In this document: piece after piece, positions 10,338 through 23,625 of the stretch | Position numbering within the stretch: position 1 is the stretch's first letter | How the letters are laid out: every line of letters starts with the position of its first letter | From: Mobula hypostoma | Taxonomy: Eukaryota | Assembly: GCF_963921235.1 (NCBI RefSeq) | Contig: NC_086097.1 | Coordinates: forward strand, 225,062,001 to 225,126,000 | Length of the DNA: 64,000 bases | Reading direction: 5' to 3' | Position numbers and translations under genes: made by a program | The notes under the pieces: model-generated | Databases searched by the model: none | What the model saw: the letters and a program-made list of their open reading frames with translations, nothing else | Told to the model about the DNA's origin: nothing

Positions 10338-12559
10338 ATTGGTGCCAAACTGTATCGGTTTCTGCCGTTCCCTTGGATTCATCAGCTGCACAGAGAGGAG
10401 GAGCCTGCTACATGGGCAACAGCTTGCTCTCTATATCGTACTGCCCTGGCTTGCATATCACGTAGGCAGCTAGGAAGCAACATCCATGGTTAACCCCGAC
10501 TGATGGAGGGCCTCACAGTTGGAGAATTACACTGCTTTTCACTTTCCAAGGCAACTAAGATGGGCAATTAGTGCAGCCTTTTCAATATTGTTTAGATTTT
10601 TATAAGTGACTTATCACTTCAAGCCATTCTACCTCTAATCATTGGTAAGCTGGTGATGCACTTGGATGCAGTGGCCACTTAATGTCCAACAAAAGATGTA
10701 CATCTCTTTTATAATCTCAAGTCACTGCTGGATACTAAGGACATTTACTACCGCAGGACTACTCCATCGCTGAGTTGCTTTATAGCAATGGAGCTGGGCT
10801 TTATGTGTACTGTTGATGTGTTATCATCTGGAGTTGTTGTGTACCATTGTGCTGTGACAGAGCGCATTCCATAGAAAGGTGTGAGTGGTTGTCTTGGACA
10901 TTTTTATTGTGATTGCAAGACCCTGTCAGGCATTGGTAATGTAGGATACTGCAAGCCTGGTTCACTGCTTCATTGGCAGGATCTATGCAGGGGAGCTGCA
11001 TTGCCCCAGCTGTTGTGTAGACAAGGCCCACATGCCTGAGACTCACCTGATGTGGTCGCGGGCAAATGAGACGGCAGAGGTGGCTGTGTGGCGATAGATC
11101 TCATATTGGGTTGGGGGCTGACCTTTCCCATTGATGCTGTCCTCTGCTCTCCAGTGTTCACTCGGAGGAAAACAAGCTGGGCCAGGAAAGCTCAGGTACT
11201 TGGGCTATATTTTTTTTCATTATGACTATGTTTTCCTGAAATTATAATATGTGCTATTTGTGCTATGTGCGAGCAATATGTTTTGCATCTCAACCCCAGA
11301 GGAACACTGTTTCATTTGGCTATATTCATGAATAATAATTTGAAACTTGAATTTGAACTTGGTTCACCTAGCCTTGCATTGCCACTATGACCCATTGAGG
11401 ACTTATGAAAAACTCTGGAAAGCCTTTCTTCCTTGACTTGGCTTCCTGTTTTTTTATTTGTATGCATGAGGCCAGTATCTATAAACATATGATAATGAGC
11501 CTTCACATTCCCTTTCCTAGTTCCATGTGTTTTCAGGTGGCATCAAATTAACTACAAGTTAAAATTTCCACATTGGAAAATAATCACAATGTTTTGATCT
11601 TCCTAGAATCTCTTGCTACTGAACCAGTCCTCCATTTTAGTATTTGCTCACCTGACTTGGCTAGGCATAGTTTTATTTCAAACCTTAATTCTGCAACTAA
11701 GTCACATAAATTTATTTTCATAACATTGACTGGCTGTGTAATCAAAATAATTCAGGAAGTAAAAGAAACTGCGGGTGTTGTAAATCTGAAATAAAAGCAG
11801 AAAATGTGGAAACAATTCAGATCATGCAGTTCATTGCCCCCTTACCAATTTGCATAGCTTTATTAAAATATTTAAATGAGTCCCTTAAGAATCAGTGAAA
11901 ATGCCAGTAGACAGACAGGCTCCACAGGTTTATCATTTGGTTCTGGTCTCTATTTGTTTGGACATGAAAATCAAGCAAGTTTATTTTCATGTCCAAAAGT
12001 ACAATGAGGTGGAGGTTCTGTACTATAAGGATGCTTGCTTGCCGCAACATGACAGGTTCATAGATCCAACAAACAGCCCATTTTACAGTAAAATACACAT
12101 AATTTATGTATAAATTATACAAGACTGTGAAGATAAAAAAAAGACCGTGTAAAACAAGGGTAAAGAAAGAAGCAAGCAGAGACAAGACCATAGAACTGCA
12201 AGAGTTAGTCTGTAGTGTTCTGTTGCTGAGGTAGGTTTAGGGTTGTACAGGTCAGTTCTAGGATTTGTAGGCAGCTATTACAAGTATTTGTGGGATAAGG
12301 AAGAGCATTGAAAAAGTCCACAGAAAATCACTGGCCCGCTGGCACTTCTGAAACACAGTCCCTATGAACAGGTTTTAGTGGATATCACTGACTTGGTGAG
12401 AAGCCAAGCTCTCTCCTCCAGGTTTTGAGCTATTAACACTCTCTGGTCACCTTTGGGCTGCCACTCTAATTCAAATGGTACTCCACAGAGGGGGATTACC
12501 TTTGCAGTAGCAACAATATTCAGTTATGTTCAGCATGGTTATACAAAACCAAACTTTAC

Positions 12560-13340
12560 AATGGAATAAATTGAGAGAGGATCAACTTTACCATATTGAG
12601 AAGTGGTATTGCAAAATTGGACTGGAAATAGGTTCTAGAAAGTGAATCAGTATCAAGGCATGTGAGACTGGAAATTGCAGAGGCGAAGATAAAAGGAAAA
12701 TTAGGAAAACAAAGAGAAGACATGAAAAATAGAAGCAAGTAAAATCTAAGAAAATCGTAAGAAGTTTTATAAATATATAGAGAGCAAAAAGATAACAAGT
12801 AGAACATTCTACAGCCCTTATGAAGAGAAAGGATATGAGTAAGGTTCTTCGTGAATACTTTGTAACTGTTGTCAGAAAACAGTTTGCAATGTCAAAATTG
12901 TAATTAAAATTTAGAAGTGTGAAATGTTGAAATGTAGAGTGAAAGAGGAGGTATTGAGGGGTTTAGCATCACTGAAAGTGGATACATCACTAGGCCTAGA
13001 TGAAATATGCATCCCAGGTTGCTCGGGAAAGCTGGAGAGGAAATTGCAGATGTTCTGCACATTATTTTCTCTCCTCCCTGGTTGCTCAAATGGCACCAGA
13101 AAATTGGAGCACTATTAATGTTTACTGCTGTTTAAAAAGGGAGAAAAAGTATTACAGACCTGTCAGTTTAACTTCAGTGATGGCAAACTATTGGAAACAA
13201 TTCTGAGGGGTGGTATAAACCAGCACTTAGGGAGGAACAGATTGATCGGGGCAGTCATTTTGGAATTGTTACAGGAAGTTCGAGACTGACTAACAATATA
13301 AAATGTTCTGTGGCAGCATCAAGGGTCAGTGCATTTGAGT
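12560..13340 (+). mobile_element. Highly degraded CR1 ORF2
   Basis: Motifs VKEEVLRGLASLKVDTSLGLD and YRPVSLTSV. Confidence 0.75.
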
Positions 13341-13367
13341 TGCTTCATCACCACCCCGCCCCGCCCG

Positions 13368-13840
13368 GTTCAGATACGGCCCAAGTGCGGAGTGAGACAC
13401 ACTGAAGCAGGTTGATAGTTCACAGACTTTAATGCGAACTATGTCAAAGGGGAAAAAAAAAACAATGAATGCTAGGCCAAACAGGGCCGTTAACTAAAAC
13501 TCTCAAATGGAAAACGAAGCCGACACTGCGGCTGAAAAGAACAACTAAGAATAAAATGAATACCGCTAGCCTTCAGAGTCAGCTGACTCGTTAGTCCAAT
13601 TTCTCAGGCAAGGCGGAATGTAGGCAGAAAAACGTAGTTGTGTCCTGGGTTCAAATCCCGACAACCACTTCGACGGATTCACGAGCACAATTGCCGGATC
13701 TGATGCGCTGCCGAATCCGTGGTTGTGACAAGCTGGCCAAACACATTTCGGCAAGGCTTACCTCAAGGTCCCACATAACAATATCCTACTCTCCTCCATC
13801 TGATGGAAAGTTCCCAATCAGATCCAAAATTAGCTCAGCA
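13368..13840 (-). mobile_element. Possible LTR fragment
   Basis: A minus-strand gcacttgggcc motif like those in the other LTR-like pieces. Boundaries are uncertain. Confidence 0.35.
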
Positions 13841-14309
13841 GCATGAAGGAAAAAGTGATGGTTGACAGATGCTTTCGTGACTGAAAGGCTGTCCTATACT
13901 AAATTCTCATCTCATTTCCCTCAACGCTCCCAGATATTACCACTCGCCAAAACTCTGGGGGTAACTGATTAACCTGGGTGTGGGGGCACCTGGAGGAATC
14001 CCACATGTTCGACACAGACTAGAAAGGTTTTGAACCAAGGTCACTGCTGCTGTGCAGCAACAGATGTACAGGCCACGCAACAGTGTTGCTGATAAAAGGC
14101 GCATGCATAGACCGCCAAGCCAATATGACACTGGAGAAATAACTTGCAATAATGAATCAAATAATTACCATCATAATTCTTACAATAGAATTTAGCAAAC
14201 TGCAGAATTTGTTAATTCCATAAACTGTGCCATAATTTTCTGGACCCAGAAGCATCAGCTCTGCTGAGGCTCGAGTCAAAGATGCACATCAGATGATAGT
14301 CAATGTTTT

Positions 14310-14668
14310 CCCACTATTCAGTACATTTACAAAGACAGGTGTGTAAAAAGGACCCGAAGGTTCATTGGAGACCTGAGTCACCCCAACCACAAACTGTTCC
14401 AGCTGCTACCATCCAGGAAATGGTACCACAGCGTTAAAGCCAGGACCAGCAGGTTCCGGGACAGGTTTCTTCCATCAGGCCATCAGACTGATTCATTCAT
14501 GCTGACGCAAATGTATTTCTATGTTATATTGACTATCCTGTTGTACATGATATTTATTCTAAATTACTATAATTGCACATTGTATATTTGAAAGGAGATG
14601 TAATGTAAAGATTTTTACTCATGTATATGAAGGACGTAAGTAATAAAGTCAATTCAATTCAATTCAAT
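14310..14668 (+). mobile_element. Rex1/Babar 3' end
   Basis: SHPNHKLFQLLPSRKWYHS-type terminal motif, then aataaa and an (aattc)n tail. Confidence 0.7.
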
Positions 14669-15214
14669 TTTTGGTCTAGAGCATTTATCAGGACTGGACA
14701 GGAAGGGGGAAGAAGGTAAGAGAGGGGAAGGGGTACAAACTAGAAGGTGATAGGTGAAGCCAGGTTGGTGGGAGAAGGAAGATAAAACAAAAGGCTGGAA
14801 GGCAACAGGTAGAAAAGGTAAGGGGCTGGAGAAGAAGGAATCTGGTAGGAGATCAGACCATAAGAGAAAAGGTAGGAGGAGAGGCACTAGGTGAGGTGAT
14901 TAGCACGTGAGGAGAAGAGAAGAGACAAGAAGGGAGCCAGAGTGGGAGATGGAAGAAGAGGGAAGGGGGAGGGCAAATATTCACCACAAGTCAGAGAATA
15001 CAACTGGATACAGTAGACCACCACAACAGATTCGCAGGTGAAATGTTTCCTCACCTGGAAGGACTGCTTGGGGCCCTGAATGGAGGTGAGGGAGATTAGT
15101 GAGGAGGGACGAATGGACATGAGGACCATGGGGAGAGCAACCTTTGTGGTAAGTGGAGAGATGTGTTTGGTGGTAGGATCCCAATAAAGATGGCAGAGGC
15201 TGCAGAGAATGATA

Positions 15215-16697
15215 CAGTGCCTATAAAAAAGTATCACCCCCCTCCCCCTCGGAATTTTTCACATTTTATTGTTTTACAACTTTGAATCACAGTGGATTCG
15301 TGTCAAAGTGAATACAGATCTCTACAGAGTGACCTAAATTAATTACAAATATAAAACATAAAATAATTGATTGTATAAGTATTCACCCCCTTCAAGTCAG
15401 TATTTAGTAGATGTACCTTTGGCAACAATGACAGCCTTGAGTCTGTGTGGATAGGTCTCTATCAGCTTTGCTCATCTGGACACTGCAATTTTTCACCATT
15501 CTTTACAAAGCTGCTCAAACTCTATCAGATTGCATGGGGATCGTGAGTTAGCAGCCCTTTTCAAGGCCAACTACAAATTTTCAATTAGATTGAGGTTTGG
15601 ACTCTGACTTGGTCACTCCAGGACTTTAATTTTGTTGTTTTTAAACCATTCCTGTGTAGCTTTGGCTTCATACTTGCAGACTGCATTATGTTTTCCTCCA
15701 GGATTTCCCTGTATTTTGCTGCATTAATTTCACCCTCACAGTATCCCCACAGCATAATGCAGCCACCACCATGCTTCATGGTAGGGATGATATATTTTTG
15801 ATCATGTGCAGTGTTTGTGTTACACCAGACATAACGTTTAGTCTGATAGCAAAAAAGCTCAATTTTGATTTCATCAGATCACCGAACCTTCTTCCAGCTG
15901 AATTCAGAGTCTCCCAGATGCCTTCTGGCAAACTCTAGCCGAGATTTCATGTGAGTTTTTTTCAACAGTGGCTTTCTCTTTGCCACTCTTCTGTAAAGTT
16001 GTGCCTGGTGAAGCATCTGGGCAACAGCTGGTGTATGCAGTCTCTCCTGTCTCAGCCATTGAAGCTTGTAACTCATCCAGAGTTGTCACAGGTCTCCCTC
16101 ACTCGTCCCCTTCTTGCAAGGTCACTCAGTTTTTGAGGACGGCCTGATCTAGGCAGATTTATACCTGTGTCATATTCTTTCCATTTCTTGATGATTGACT
16201 TAACTGTTTTCCAAGGGATATTCAGTGAATTGGAAATTTTCTTGTATCCATCTCCTGAATTGTGCTTTTCCATAACCTTTTCACAGAATTGCTTGGAGTG
16301 TTGTTTTGTTTTCATGGTGTAGCTTTCGACAGGATACTGACTCACCAGCAGCTGGATCTCCCAGATACTGGTGTGCTTTTCCTACAATCAACTGAAACTC
16401 CTTGACTGCACACAAGTCTCCAAAAACAGATCTCCATTTAACTAATTATGTGACTTCTGAAAGCAGTTGGCTGCACCAGTGATAATTTGGTGTGTCATAT
16501 TAAAGGGGGACGAATGCTTATGCAGTCAAGTATTTTGTAATTTAGATCACTTTGTAGAGATCTGTTTTCGCTTTGACAAGAGTCTTTTTCTGTTGATCAG
16601 CGTCAAAAAAGCCAAGTTAAATCCACTATGATTCAATGCTGTAAAACAACAAAACATGAAAACTTCCAAGGGGGATGAATACATTTTATAGTTACTG
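15215..16697 (-). mobile_element. Tc1-family (Passport-like, IR/DR type) DNA transposon, decayed
   Basis: TA-flanked termini (cagtgcctataaaa... / ...ttttatagttactg) with long imperfect TIRs and internal direct repeats. Transposase pieces: MKTKQHSKQ..GYKKIS..GRPQKLSD, RVAKRKPLLKKTHMKSRLEFARRHL, KHGGGCIMLWG. Confidence 0.92.
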
Positions 16698-16725
16698 TAT
16701 GCTGGATAATGGGGCTCATAGGGTT

Positions 16726-17371
16726 CAGTTTTCATTTATTGTCATTTAGAAATGCATGCATTAAAAAATGATACAACGTTCCTCCAGAATGATATCACAA
16801 GAAAACACAGGACAAACCGAGACTAAAACCGACAAAACCACATAATTATAGCATATAGTTACAACAGTGCAAAGCAATACCATAATCTGATAAAGAGCAG
16901 AACATGGGCACGGTAAAAAAAAGTCTCAAAGTCCCGCTAGACTCATCATCTCACGCAGGCAGCAGAAGGGAGGAACTCTCCCTGCTATGAACCTCCAAGC
17001 GTCGCCAACCTGCCGATGCAGCACCATTGGAAGCACCTGACCGCAGCGGACTCTGAGTCTGTCCAAAAACTTCGAGCTTCTGACCAGCCCCTCTGACCAC
17101 CATCCTCTGCCGAGCGCTTCGACCCTGCTCCGGCCGCCGAGCAACAAGCAGAGCCGAGGACTCGGGGCCTTCTCCTCTGGAGATTCTGGACCATACAGTA
17201 GCAGCAGCAGCAAAGCAGGCATTTCAGAAGTTTCACCAGATGTTCCTCTGTGCTCTCACGTCCATCTCCATCAAATCAGGATTGTGCACAGCACCCTACT
17301 TGACAGATAACAGATATCGCCACTGGAGTGGCTGCTGCAAGCTGTGTCGTGCCGCCATCTTCCCCTCCTCC
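16726..17371 (-). mobile_element. Unclassified non-autonomous retroelement, copy 1 (apparently full-length)
   Basis: Homologous to 38658-39260 and 42643-43829. 5' end ggaggaggggaagatggcggc. Flanked by a ~65-bp direct duplication. Confidence 0.8.
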
Positions 17372-17924
17372 AACTCCAAGGGGGATGAATACATTTTATA
17401 GTTACTATACATATGGATGATGGGGCTCATGGGGTTGTTGCTAAGTACAAAAAGAACTGTATCCTGTTAAGGTGGCAGGAAGATGGGATGAAGCTGCATG
17501 ACTGGGAGGAGATGCAAGCAAGAGCAGCATCAATGATGGATGAAGGAAAACCCCATTCTTTGAAGAAGGAGGAAAAGAAAGGAAAGTGTCATCCTGGGAA
17601 CAGATGTGGCAGAGATAAATGAACTGAGAAAAGGGAATGACATTTTTACAGGAGACAGGGTCGGTAGAAATATAGTCAAGGTAGCTGTGGGAATCAGTAG
17701 GTTTATAAAAGATGTCAATAGAGAGTTTGTCCACATAGATGAAGACAGAGAGATTGAGAAAGCAGTGAGAGGTGTCAGCAATGGACCAACTGAATGTAAA
17801 GACAGGGTGGAAATTAAAGGCTGTGGATGCTTTTAAACACGTATACCAAAAACTGAGTATGTAGTGCAGATTGCAAGTGATTGATAATTACAGATGCAAG
17901 CAGTGTCTCCTTTTACTGGTGTCT

Positions 17925-18380
17925 TCTTGGTGCTGCCATCAGGAAGGAGCTACAGGAGCCTTAGGTCTCCTATCACCAGGTTCAGGAACAGTTATCATCC
18001 TCCAACCATCAAGCTCCTGAAGCAACATGGATAACTTCACTCACCTCAACGCTGAACTGATTGCACAACCAATGGCCTTTCAGACTCCACAACTCATGTT
18101 CTCAATATAATTTGTTATTTATTTATTTATTTATCTACCTATTTATATATCTACCTATCTATCTATCGATTTATTTATTTATTATTTATTATTTTTTTAT
18201 TTGTAGTTGCATAGTTGTCTTCTCTTGCATATTCATTGGTTTTCCATCTCTGTGTTCAAATTTTCATTGGTTTGTTGGATTTCTTCGTATCTATTGTGAA
18301 TACTGACAAAAAAGTGAATCTCAGGCTAGTATATGGTGAGATATGTCCTTTAATGATAATTCTACTTTGAGCTTTGAGAA
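17925..18380 (+). mobile_element. Rex1/Babar 3' end with (TTTA/TCTA)n microsatellite
   Basis: LVLPSGRSYRSLRS..TRFRNSY motif. Microsatellite at ~18113-18199. Confidence 0.7.
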
Positions 18381-18649
18381 CACAACAGTTAATGTGATTA
18401 ATTATATTCAGTCTTGGAACTATCAACCTGACATTGTGTAATATAATCTTACTCTGGCTGGCAAAACTTTGATTCAGCTAAAATTTATATTAAATGATAC
18501 TTAATATTTACAAATTTAATTGTGTTAGTATTTACAAATAGGTACAAATTAATAAGCTTGCTTTAGACCTATCTTGTTCTCTGAAGCACTATTAATATTT
18601 ACAACTGTAGCAAATCACAACTAAGATTATACTAGTAACATTGAGGTTA

Positions 18650-19100
18650 TGCTTTCTAAATTTAGTTGGCTCCATCTTGGGTACTAGCCTACAGAGTACC
18701 CAGGACATCTTCAAGGACCGGTGTCTCAGAAAGGCAGCATCCATTATTAAGGATCTCCAGTACCCAGGGCATGCCCTTTTCTCACTGTTACCATCAGGTA
18801 GGAGGTACAGAAGCCTGAAGGCACAACTTGGCATTTCAGGAACAGCTTCTTCCCCTCTGCTATCCGATTCCTAAATGGGCATTGAATCTTTGGATACTAC
18901 GTCACTTTTTAAATATATATTATTTCTGTTTTTTGCACGATTTTTAATCTATTCAACATGTGTATATACGGTTATTAATTAATTAATTAATTAATTAATT
19001 ATTTTCTTTTATGTTATGTATTGCTGCTGCTAAGTTAACAAATTTCATGGCAAATTCCGGTGATAATAAACCTGATTCGGATTCTTATTCTGATTCTGAT
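18650..19100 (+). mobile_element. Rex1/Babar 3' end
   Basis: ORF ...RCLRKAASIIKDLQYPGHALFSLLPSGRRYRSLK and an (attctg)n-like tail. Confidence 0.8.
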
Positions 19101-19947
19101 CAAGACCACTTTTAAAGAAGTAAGTTTCATCACGGTAATGTGAAGATTTGAATTCAAGTTGCTCAATAATGTCTCTTTTGAGACAATGACCCATAAAGAA
19201 TATAGAGTATTGTGAACCTTATTCAATATACAAATTGGAAAAGTTCAAAAACAAAAACTACTAGTACTTACATTTTATGTCAATTGGTAAAGTATTTGCT
19301 GAAGGCATCCATAATCTGAGAATGAAAAAGGTATATATGGTGTATATGTATTGCATTAAACAATTTTCATTCACCGTAAAGCGCATGACATCCTAAAATG
19401 TTATTGATACTGTAAATGTATAAATAATTGCTTACCATAATGTCAATGTGAATGGACATTTTTCTCAGAGACACCTCCATCCCTTTACCACACCTCTTTG
19501 GGTGGTCCATCAATTAATCAGAGCTTCTGTCTCATCACTCCCACTGTCTACTTTATGCTGGCAACTATCCTCTCCACTCTCAGTCCTGGTGCAGGCTTTC
19601 AACTTAAAACCATGATAATTCCTTTCACCTCACCAATGCTGCTTGACCAGCTGAGCTCCTCCAGCCAACTGTTTGTTGCTCCAGATTCTAGCATCTACAT
19701 TGTCCTGTGTCTTTTGAAGAAAAGCTAAGTCAGTCCAATGAGAAGAACAACTACAGAAAAATGTAAATTGAATAGCAATATCGTAGTAAGGGATTTCAAC
19801 TTCCCCTTATTAACTTGGGCCTCATTGTGAAAAGCCCAAAGGGGCAGAAATTTTAAAGTGCCCCGATACCTTTCTGAGCCTTTATATATAGATAGTTCTT
19901 CCAGAGAAGAAGCAGCACTGGATCTGATCTGAGAGAATGAAGCCTTA

Positions 19948-20350
19948 ACACAAGAAAATATGCAGATGCTAGAAATCCAAAGCAACACACACAAAATGCT
20001 GGAAGAACTCAGCAGGTCAGGAAGCATCTTCAGGTCTGAGAAGAAGGGCGGAAGATGTCAGAATAAAATGGTGGGGGGGGGGTGTTGGAGGGAAAGAGGT
20101 TAGCTGGAAGATGATAGGTGAGGGCAGGTGGGTGAGAAAGGTCCAGGGCTGGAGAAGAAGGAATCTGATAAGAGAGGAGAGTGAACCAGAGGAAAGATGG
20201 AAGGAGAAAGGGACCCACTGGGGAGTAATAGGCAGGAGAGAAGAAGTAAAAGGCCAGAGTGGGGAATAAAGGAAAGGGAGTATGGAATTTGTTACCAGAA
20301 GGAGAAATTGATATTCATGCCATCAGGTTGGAGAGTACCTGGCAGAATGC
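19948..20350 (-). mobile_element. Penelope 3' fragment
   Basis: Minus-strand LQPDGMNINFS and an inverted pLTR. Confidence 0.8.
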
Positions 20351-20402
20351 AACCTGGCTGGTAGTTGAAAAGTTTGATGGTGAGCATTTTGGGGATAGAA
20401 CC

Positions 20403-20708
20403 TGTCAGGATGTGTGCTGGCAATGCCAAACCCAAGCGCAGAGAAACACAGACTCCAATGAAGACACAGTGGCCAGATTTATTCATAAGAATTCCAACAG
20501 ATCATTGATGTTTCTGATGATCGACACCATGACACTTTGAAAAGTTTGAAAAGAAAGTATCAGGAGAATGCATCGCAAAGATTGAGTTACTTCTAACAAA
20601 ACTCAAGGAACTCTAAGTGCTTTACGTTTGTTGTTAAACAGCAATTAACCAATTCAGGTGCTCTTAAAAAACCTTGGAACCCAATGCTCTCCAGCTCAAG
20701 CCCAAACA
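20403..20708 (-). mobile_element. Possible solo LTR
   Basis: The minus strand ends ctgcgcttgggttt...cctgaca. No convincing TSD. Confidence 0.35.
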
Positions 20709-20719
20709 GCTCATTAGAT

Positions 20720-22800
20720 TGCTTGTAATGCCACACTTTGGAAAGTCTGATCACCTGGCTGTACTTCTTCCCGAGTATAGGCAGAGACTGAAGACTGCAG
20801 CACCAGTAGAAAGGACGAAGAAGGTCTGGACAAAGGAGGGCAGGATCGCTTACTGATCTACTTCGAATCAGTGGACAGGACTGTATTCAGAGATTCATCT
20901 TCAAATCTGGATGAGTATGCCACGGTTGTTACCGACTTCATTAAAACCTGTGTGGATGATAGTGTGCCTACGAAAACTTACTCTACTCTCCCAAACCAAA
21001 TGCCGTGTATGAACCAAGAGGTTCGGCATCGCTGAGGGCTAGAACTGTGGCAATTAAGTCAGACGACCCAGGTCTGTACAAGAAAACCAGATATGAATTA
21101 TGGAGGGTTATTTCAAGAGCAAAGAAACAATTCTGTGTGAGGTTGGAGGTGACATTGGATGTACGTCAACTCTGGCAGGGCATTACTTCACACAAAGTGA
21201 ACCCTAATAGCATGAATGGCAATGATGCTTCACTACCTGAGGAGCTCAATGCCTTCTATGCCCACTTTGAAAGGGAGAATATAACTACAGCTGTGAGGAT
21301 CCCTGCTGCACTCGGTGACCTTGTGATCTCTGTCTCAGAGGCTGAAGTCAGGCTTTTTTTAAGGCCGTCTTTACCCTCGCTAGGCAGCAGGCCTTGATGG
21401 AGTACCTGGTAAGGCTCTGAAAACTTGTGCGAACCAACTGGCGGGAGTATTCAACGACATTTTCAAAGTCCCACTGCTGTGGCTGGAAGTTCCCAACTGC
21501 TTCAAAAGGGCAACAATTATATCAGTGCCCATGAAGAGTAGTCTGAGCTGCCTTAATGACTATTGTCCAGTAGCACTCACGTCTACAGTGATAAAATCCT
21601 TCCAGAGGTTGGTGATGGCTGGAATCAACTCCTGCCTCAGCAAGGAACTGGACCCACTGCAATTTGCCTATCGTCACAATACAAACACTTATATCAGGCG
21701 CTGTTCATTGACTATAGCTCTGTGTTTAGCACCATCATTCTTACAGTCCTCATCAAAAAGCTATAGCTCTTAGGCCTCTGTACCTCCTTCTGCAATTGGA
21801 TCCTCAACTTCCTAACCGGAAGACCACAATCTGTATGGATTGGTAATAACAGAGTAGAGCAGTGGGCTAAGTACACACCCCTGAGGTGTGCCAGTGTTGA
21901 TCATTGGCGAGGAGGAGATGTTATTACCCATGACTGTGTGGCCAGGCATAGCTCAACTACCATCTATAAATTTGTTGATGATATAACCATTGTTGGCAGA
22001 ATCTCAGATGGAGATGTGGGGCATACTGGAGCAAGAAATACCAGCTATTGGAGTGGTGTCACAGCAGCCACTTTGCACTCAATGTCAGTAAGACCAAAGA
22101 GCTGATTGTGGACTTCAGAAAGAGTAAGATGTGGTAAGATGAGAGTGAGCAATTTCAAGTTCCTGGCTGTCAATATCTCTGAAGAATTAACCTGGTACCA
22201 ACATATCAACATATCAATGCAGTTATAAAGAAAGCAAGACGGTGGCTATATTTCATGAGGAAATTAAGGAGATTTGGTTTGTCACCTAAAACACTTGAAA
22301 ATTTCTCCTGATGGATCGTGGAGAGCATTCTGACAGGCTGCATCACCGTCTGGTATAGGGGGACTACTGCACAGGATTGAAAGAAGCTACAGGAAGTTGT
22401 AAAATCAGTCAGCTCTTTCATGGGTACTAACCTCTGTAGTATCCAAGACACCTTTGAGGAGAAGTGCCTCGAAAAGGTAGCGTCTATTATTAAGGGCCCC
22501 CTTCTGATTTTTACCATCGGGAGGGAGGTACAGAAGCTTAAAGGCACACACACTCAGCAATTCAGGAACAGCTTCTTCTCCTCTGCCATTCATTTTCTGA
22601 ATGGACATTGAACCCACAAACAATACCTCACTTATTTTTTTTTACTATTTCTGTTTTTGCACTACTATTTTTAATGTAGTTATTTCATATACATATATAC
22701 TTGTAATTCCTTTCTTTAATATACTTATCACGTATTGCATTGTACTGCTGTCACTAAGTTAAAAAAAATTCACAACAATGATATTAAATCTGATTCTAAT
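20720..22800 (+). mobile_element. Rex1/Babar LINE, 5'-truncated and decayed (EN end plus RT)
   Basis: PHFGKSDHLAVLLPEYRQRLK, LPEELNAFYAHFE, LNDYCPVALTS, LDPLQFAYR, LFIDYSS. Contains an internal micro-inversion. Confidence 0.9.
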
Positions 22801-23116
22801 TCTTAATTGTAAAGCCACCTTCTCCAAATATTGTCGCAGTGATCCAACCTTTTAATGCCTGCCTTCTGGCACCATCCTTTTAGGCACTCATTAAACTGAC
22901 TTTTGCATATAACATCACATGAACAGATCATAATCTGCAAACTTAGAAGCCCTGCTTTTTAATTTATGTCCCAGCTCTCTATATTCATGCTGCAGAACAC
23001 TTGTCCCTTGTTTTACCTATGTCACTAGTACAAATATGGACCACGACCACCGGCTGTTCATCTTCCCCTTTTAGAATTTCCTAAATTCACTCTGACTAGA
23101 GAGGCAACATACAGTG

Positions 23117-23625
23117 CACTCACTGGCCACTTTATTAGGTTCACCTGTACACCTGCTTGTTAGTGCAAATATCTAATCCACCAGTCATGTGACAGCAGCT
23201 CAATGTATAAAAATATGTAGACAGAATGGGTAAAAATATGATCTAAATGACTTTGATTGTAGAATGATTGTTGGTGCCAGACGGCCTGGTTTGAGTATTT
23301 CTGAAACTGCAGATCTCTTGGGGTTTTCACACACAAAACTCTCTGAATTTATAGAGAATGGTGGAGAAATAAAAAGAAACATCCAGTACATGGCAGTTCT
23401 GTGGACAAAAATGCCTTGTTAATGAGCAAGGTCAGAGAGGAATGCCCAGACTGCTTCAAGCTGACAGGAAGGTGGCAGTAACTCAAATAACCATGCATTA
23501 CAACAGTGATATGCAGAAGAGCATCTCTGAATGCACAACATGCTGAAACTTGAAGTGGATTAGCTACAGCAACAGAAGACCACATTGAGTTCCAGTCCTG
23601 TACCTAATTATGTGGCCACTGAGTA
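23117..23625 (+). mobile_element. Internally deleted Tc1-like transposon (TIRs plus paired/HTH remnant)
   Basis: TIRs cactcactggccactttattaggt / acctaattatgtggccactgagt, with TA at the right end. Remnant peptide MIVGARRPGLSISETADLLGFSHT. Confidence 0.85.

Larger units (their letters stand above)
8680..10520 (+). mobile_element. RTE-type 5' region repeat, split by a solo-LTR-like insertion
   Basis: Contains ctaggagaaggtaaactctggtctcaaa, similar to RTE 5' regions. The sequence continues across the insert (gccattgg|...|attggtgccaaac). Confidence 0.4.
14670..17825 (-). mobile_element. Penelope element (RT thumb, GIY-YIG, pLTR) interrupted by a Tc1 and a retroelement
   Basis: ORF fragments DKLSIDIFYKPTDSHSYLDY...IPFSQF (17441-17734) and QGPKQSFQVRKHFTCESVVVVYCI (14887-15237). 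Confidence 0.85.
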
